From the NCBI GenBank assembly GCA_013265495.1, contig MU061538.1, positions 434,001 through 498,000 on the forward strand: 64,000 nucleotides of DNA, in the 5' to 3' direction. The stretch comes from Vicugna vicugna. Lineage: Eukaryota. Below, one piece after another: positions 62,170 to 64,000 of the stretch. A model generated the notes under the pieces. It was not told the DNA's origin. It did no database searches and saw nothing but the letters and a program-made list of their open reading frames with translations. The translations under genes were made by a program, and so were the position numbers. Numbering within the stretch: position 1 is the stretch's first letter; every line of letters begins with the position of its first letter.

Positions 62170-62440
62170 CACGTGTGCATATATACACACATGTGCATTT
62201 GTACACATATGCAAGTATATGCAAGTACACAGACATACACACATACAGATACGTGTGGACCCATGTGCATATATATACTTATATACGTGTATACACACGT
62301 GTGCAGATACACGTGCACACATACATGCACGTGTGTGCATATACACTACGTACATATACACATTTATACACGTATGCATATACACACATGTGTGCGCACA
62401 TGTGCACACACAGCACGCATGTACACGCACACATCCTGTA
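62170..62440. repeat. About 270-bp alternating purine-pyrimidine (CA/TA/TG) low-complexity tract
   Basis: cacgtgtgcatatatacacacatgtgcat...tgtgcacacacagcacgcatgtacacgcacac. Confidence 0.9.
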
Positions 62441-64000
62441 TGCTTCTGTGCTCCAGTGTGGGCTCCTCCACACGCGGGGTCCCGGGGGTCGTCCATGTGC
62501 ACCAGGACAGCAGCAAAGACCTGCTCTAGACCACGTGGGCCCTGCCATCACCTGGATTGTGTGCTGGGACCTCCGCTCCCACCAGGCCGGCGAGCTCACT
62601 GGGAGCCTTGGGGTCCCTGGGGCTCTGGCGCCCACCATGTCCTCCTGGACGGCAGACCAGGACAGAACTGCCGGGCGCCCCTGGGTGCCTGCCCTCTGGA
62701 CCAGAGCGCGGCCCCCGGCCTGGGTGTGTGGCGCCTGCGGGGGGCCCACCCAGGGCCTCTCGCTGCTGCTGCTTCCTTCCCTGCTGAGTCACTTCTGTCC
62801 TGCTCTGCGAAATACGGTCCTTGTCCCGCAGTTACGTTGCTGAGCTATTAAGATCTTCCTCTCCCTTCAGTGTTAGCCCAGTCCTGCCCTGCCCCTCCCG
62901 CTGGTGGACGGACGAGGCCAGGGGACCGTCCCCAACACCAGCGGCGGTTTCAGTGCCCCTTAAACGCCAAGCACGGTGTGTCTGTTGTGTGCTCCACGCG
63001 TCTAGTTTTCCTCCCTGCTGCCTGTTGAAATTCTTTGCGTGTTTCAATGTCTTATTTCTTCTCTTCCCATCTCCCTGAATTTTACCCTCGCCTAATTTGT
63101 AAGAAAAATGTGCTTTGAACTTTTAACTAGGATGTGGAGAATAAGCCACCTTCTGCTCCTGAGGAGCCGGCAGCCTCCTCCTCCTCCTCGAACCTTGCAT
63201 TGTCGATGTTACGTGTATTTTTTCTTTCTTATCTTCTTAAGAAAACGACGAGGCCTGAAAGGGACCTTCCACCCGCAGAGCATAGAGGGCACCGTGGGAG
63301 GGAAATGAGTCGTCACTGTTAGAGCGGGAGAGGGTCCTTCATTCTCACAGGAATTTTGCGATTTTCAGTTTTAGTGGAAGACATACGTGAGGGTGTTGGC
63401 GAGGCCCCTGGCTGTGTCCTGTGGGTTTGCGGTTGTTTCCAGGAACTGGAAGGGAACACCTTGCTCTTGGGAGTTCAGCGCCCCATGTGCCCCCACCCCC
63501 CATGCTGGGATTATTCGGCCAACGGGACCCCCGGTCACTCTGACAGCCCAGGACAGTGGGAGCCAATGTGGGGGCAGAGAGCGTGAGTCACAGCAGCAAG
63601 AGCAGGGAGGGAGCGAGTCCGCCCTGGACGAGGCCCGGCCTGGAGCTGCCCGTGGCACAGGCGGGTCGGGGTGCGGGGCAGGAGATGATGGCAGAGCTCT
63701 CTGCAAAAACCGCCACCACAGGGAGTCAGGGCTCCAGGCTCGGGCTGGGTGATGGGCTGTCGGTCTCTTCTGTCACCTGCTGGCCTCCCGGCAGGGCGAG
63801 AGGGCCAGAGGGGAGGCAGAGGGAGGTTGTGTGCACACGTGTGTGTGTCCACGCACACGTGTCATGGTCCCGTCCAGAACTGCTTAGCCGGCAACTTGCA
63901 GCTGTCTCTGGGAGCAATTCCCAGCCTCGTCAGCTTGTCTTGTGAACCTTTTGGTCTTTTCTGACCATTGTGGTTGGACGTGACCAGACTGTGACATCGT

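Larger units (their letters stand above)
24851..64000 (+). other. PTPRN2: PTPRN2 intron downstream of the 65-bp exon (3' end outside the window)
   Basis: The next exon (about KSKLKFLPPQAEQEDSTKF + transmembrane helix) is not seen in the ORF track or the sequence. Confidence 0.85.

Noticed and set aside
61930-62851. His/Cys/Tyr/Val-rich ORFs resembling metal-binding proteins
   Set aside because: These are translations of the CA/TA/TG low-complexity tract and the MaLR LTR.
1-64000. CRISPR arrays, operons, or phage/defence systems
   Set aside because: The sequence is mammalian intronic DNA. The tandem repeats have no unique spacers, and there are no prokaryote-like gene-dense ORFs.

Overview
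Mammalian, GC- and CpG-rich, subtelomeric-type genomic DNA. One tRNA-derived SINE of the camelid type suggests a camel, llama or alpaca. The window lies inside PTPRN2 (phogrin/IA-2beta) on the + strand. The only coding exon I can support is 65 bp at 24786-24850 (ADNKEKLEEVSGLKILQTGVGS), with canonical splice sites; everything else is intron. The introns contain ancient L1, MaLR/ERV LTRs, MER2, MIR/L2 remnants, VNTRs, microsatellites, intragenic CpG-rich patches, motif-dense AT-richer islands that look like enhancers, and two assembly gaps. The long six-frame ORFs are GC-driven chance ORFs. I see no prokaryotic-type system (no CRISPR, no operon). The best leads, all hypotheses, are: a possible LTR-initiated spliced antisense transcript over an internally duplicated segment (34.5-35.6 kb); a recursive-splice or poison-exon-like AG|GT junction at 21290; clustered RFX, MEIS/OTX, SOX/POU and homeodomain sites; a hairpin/G4 VNTR; and an extreme AT-rich island. 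Repeat family names and the human protein comparison come from recall of consensus sequences, not database searches. Repeat boundaries are approximate.
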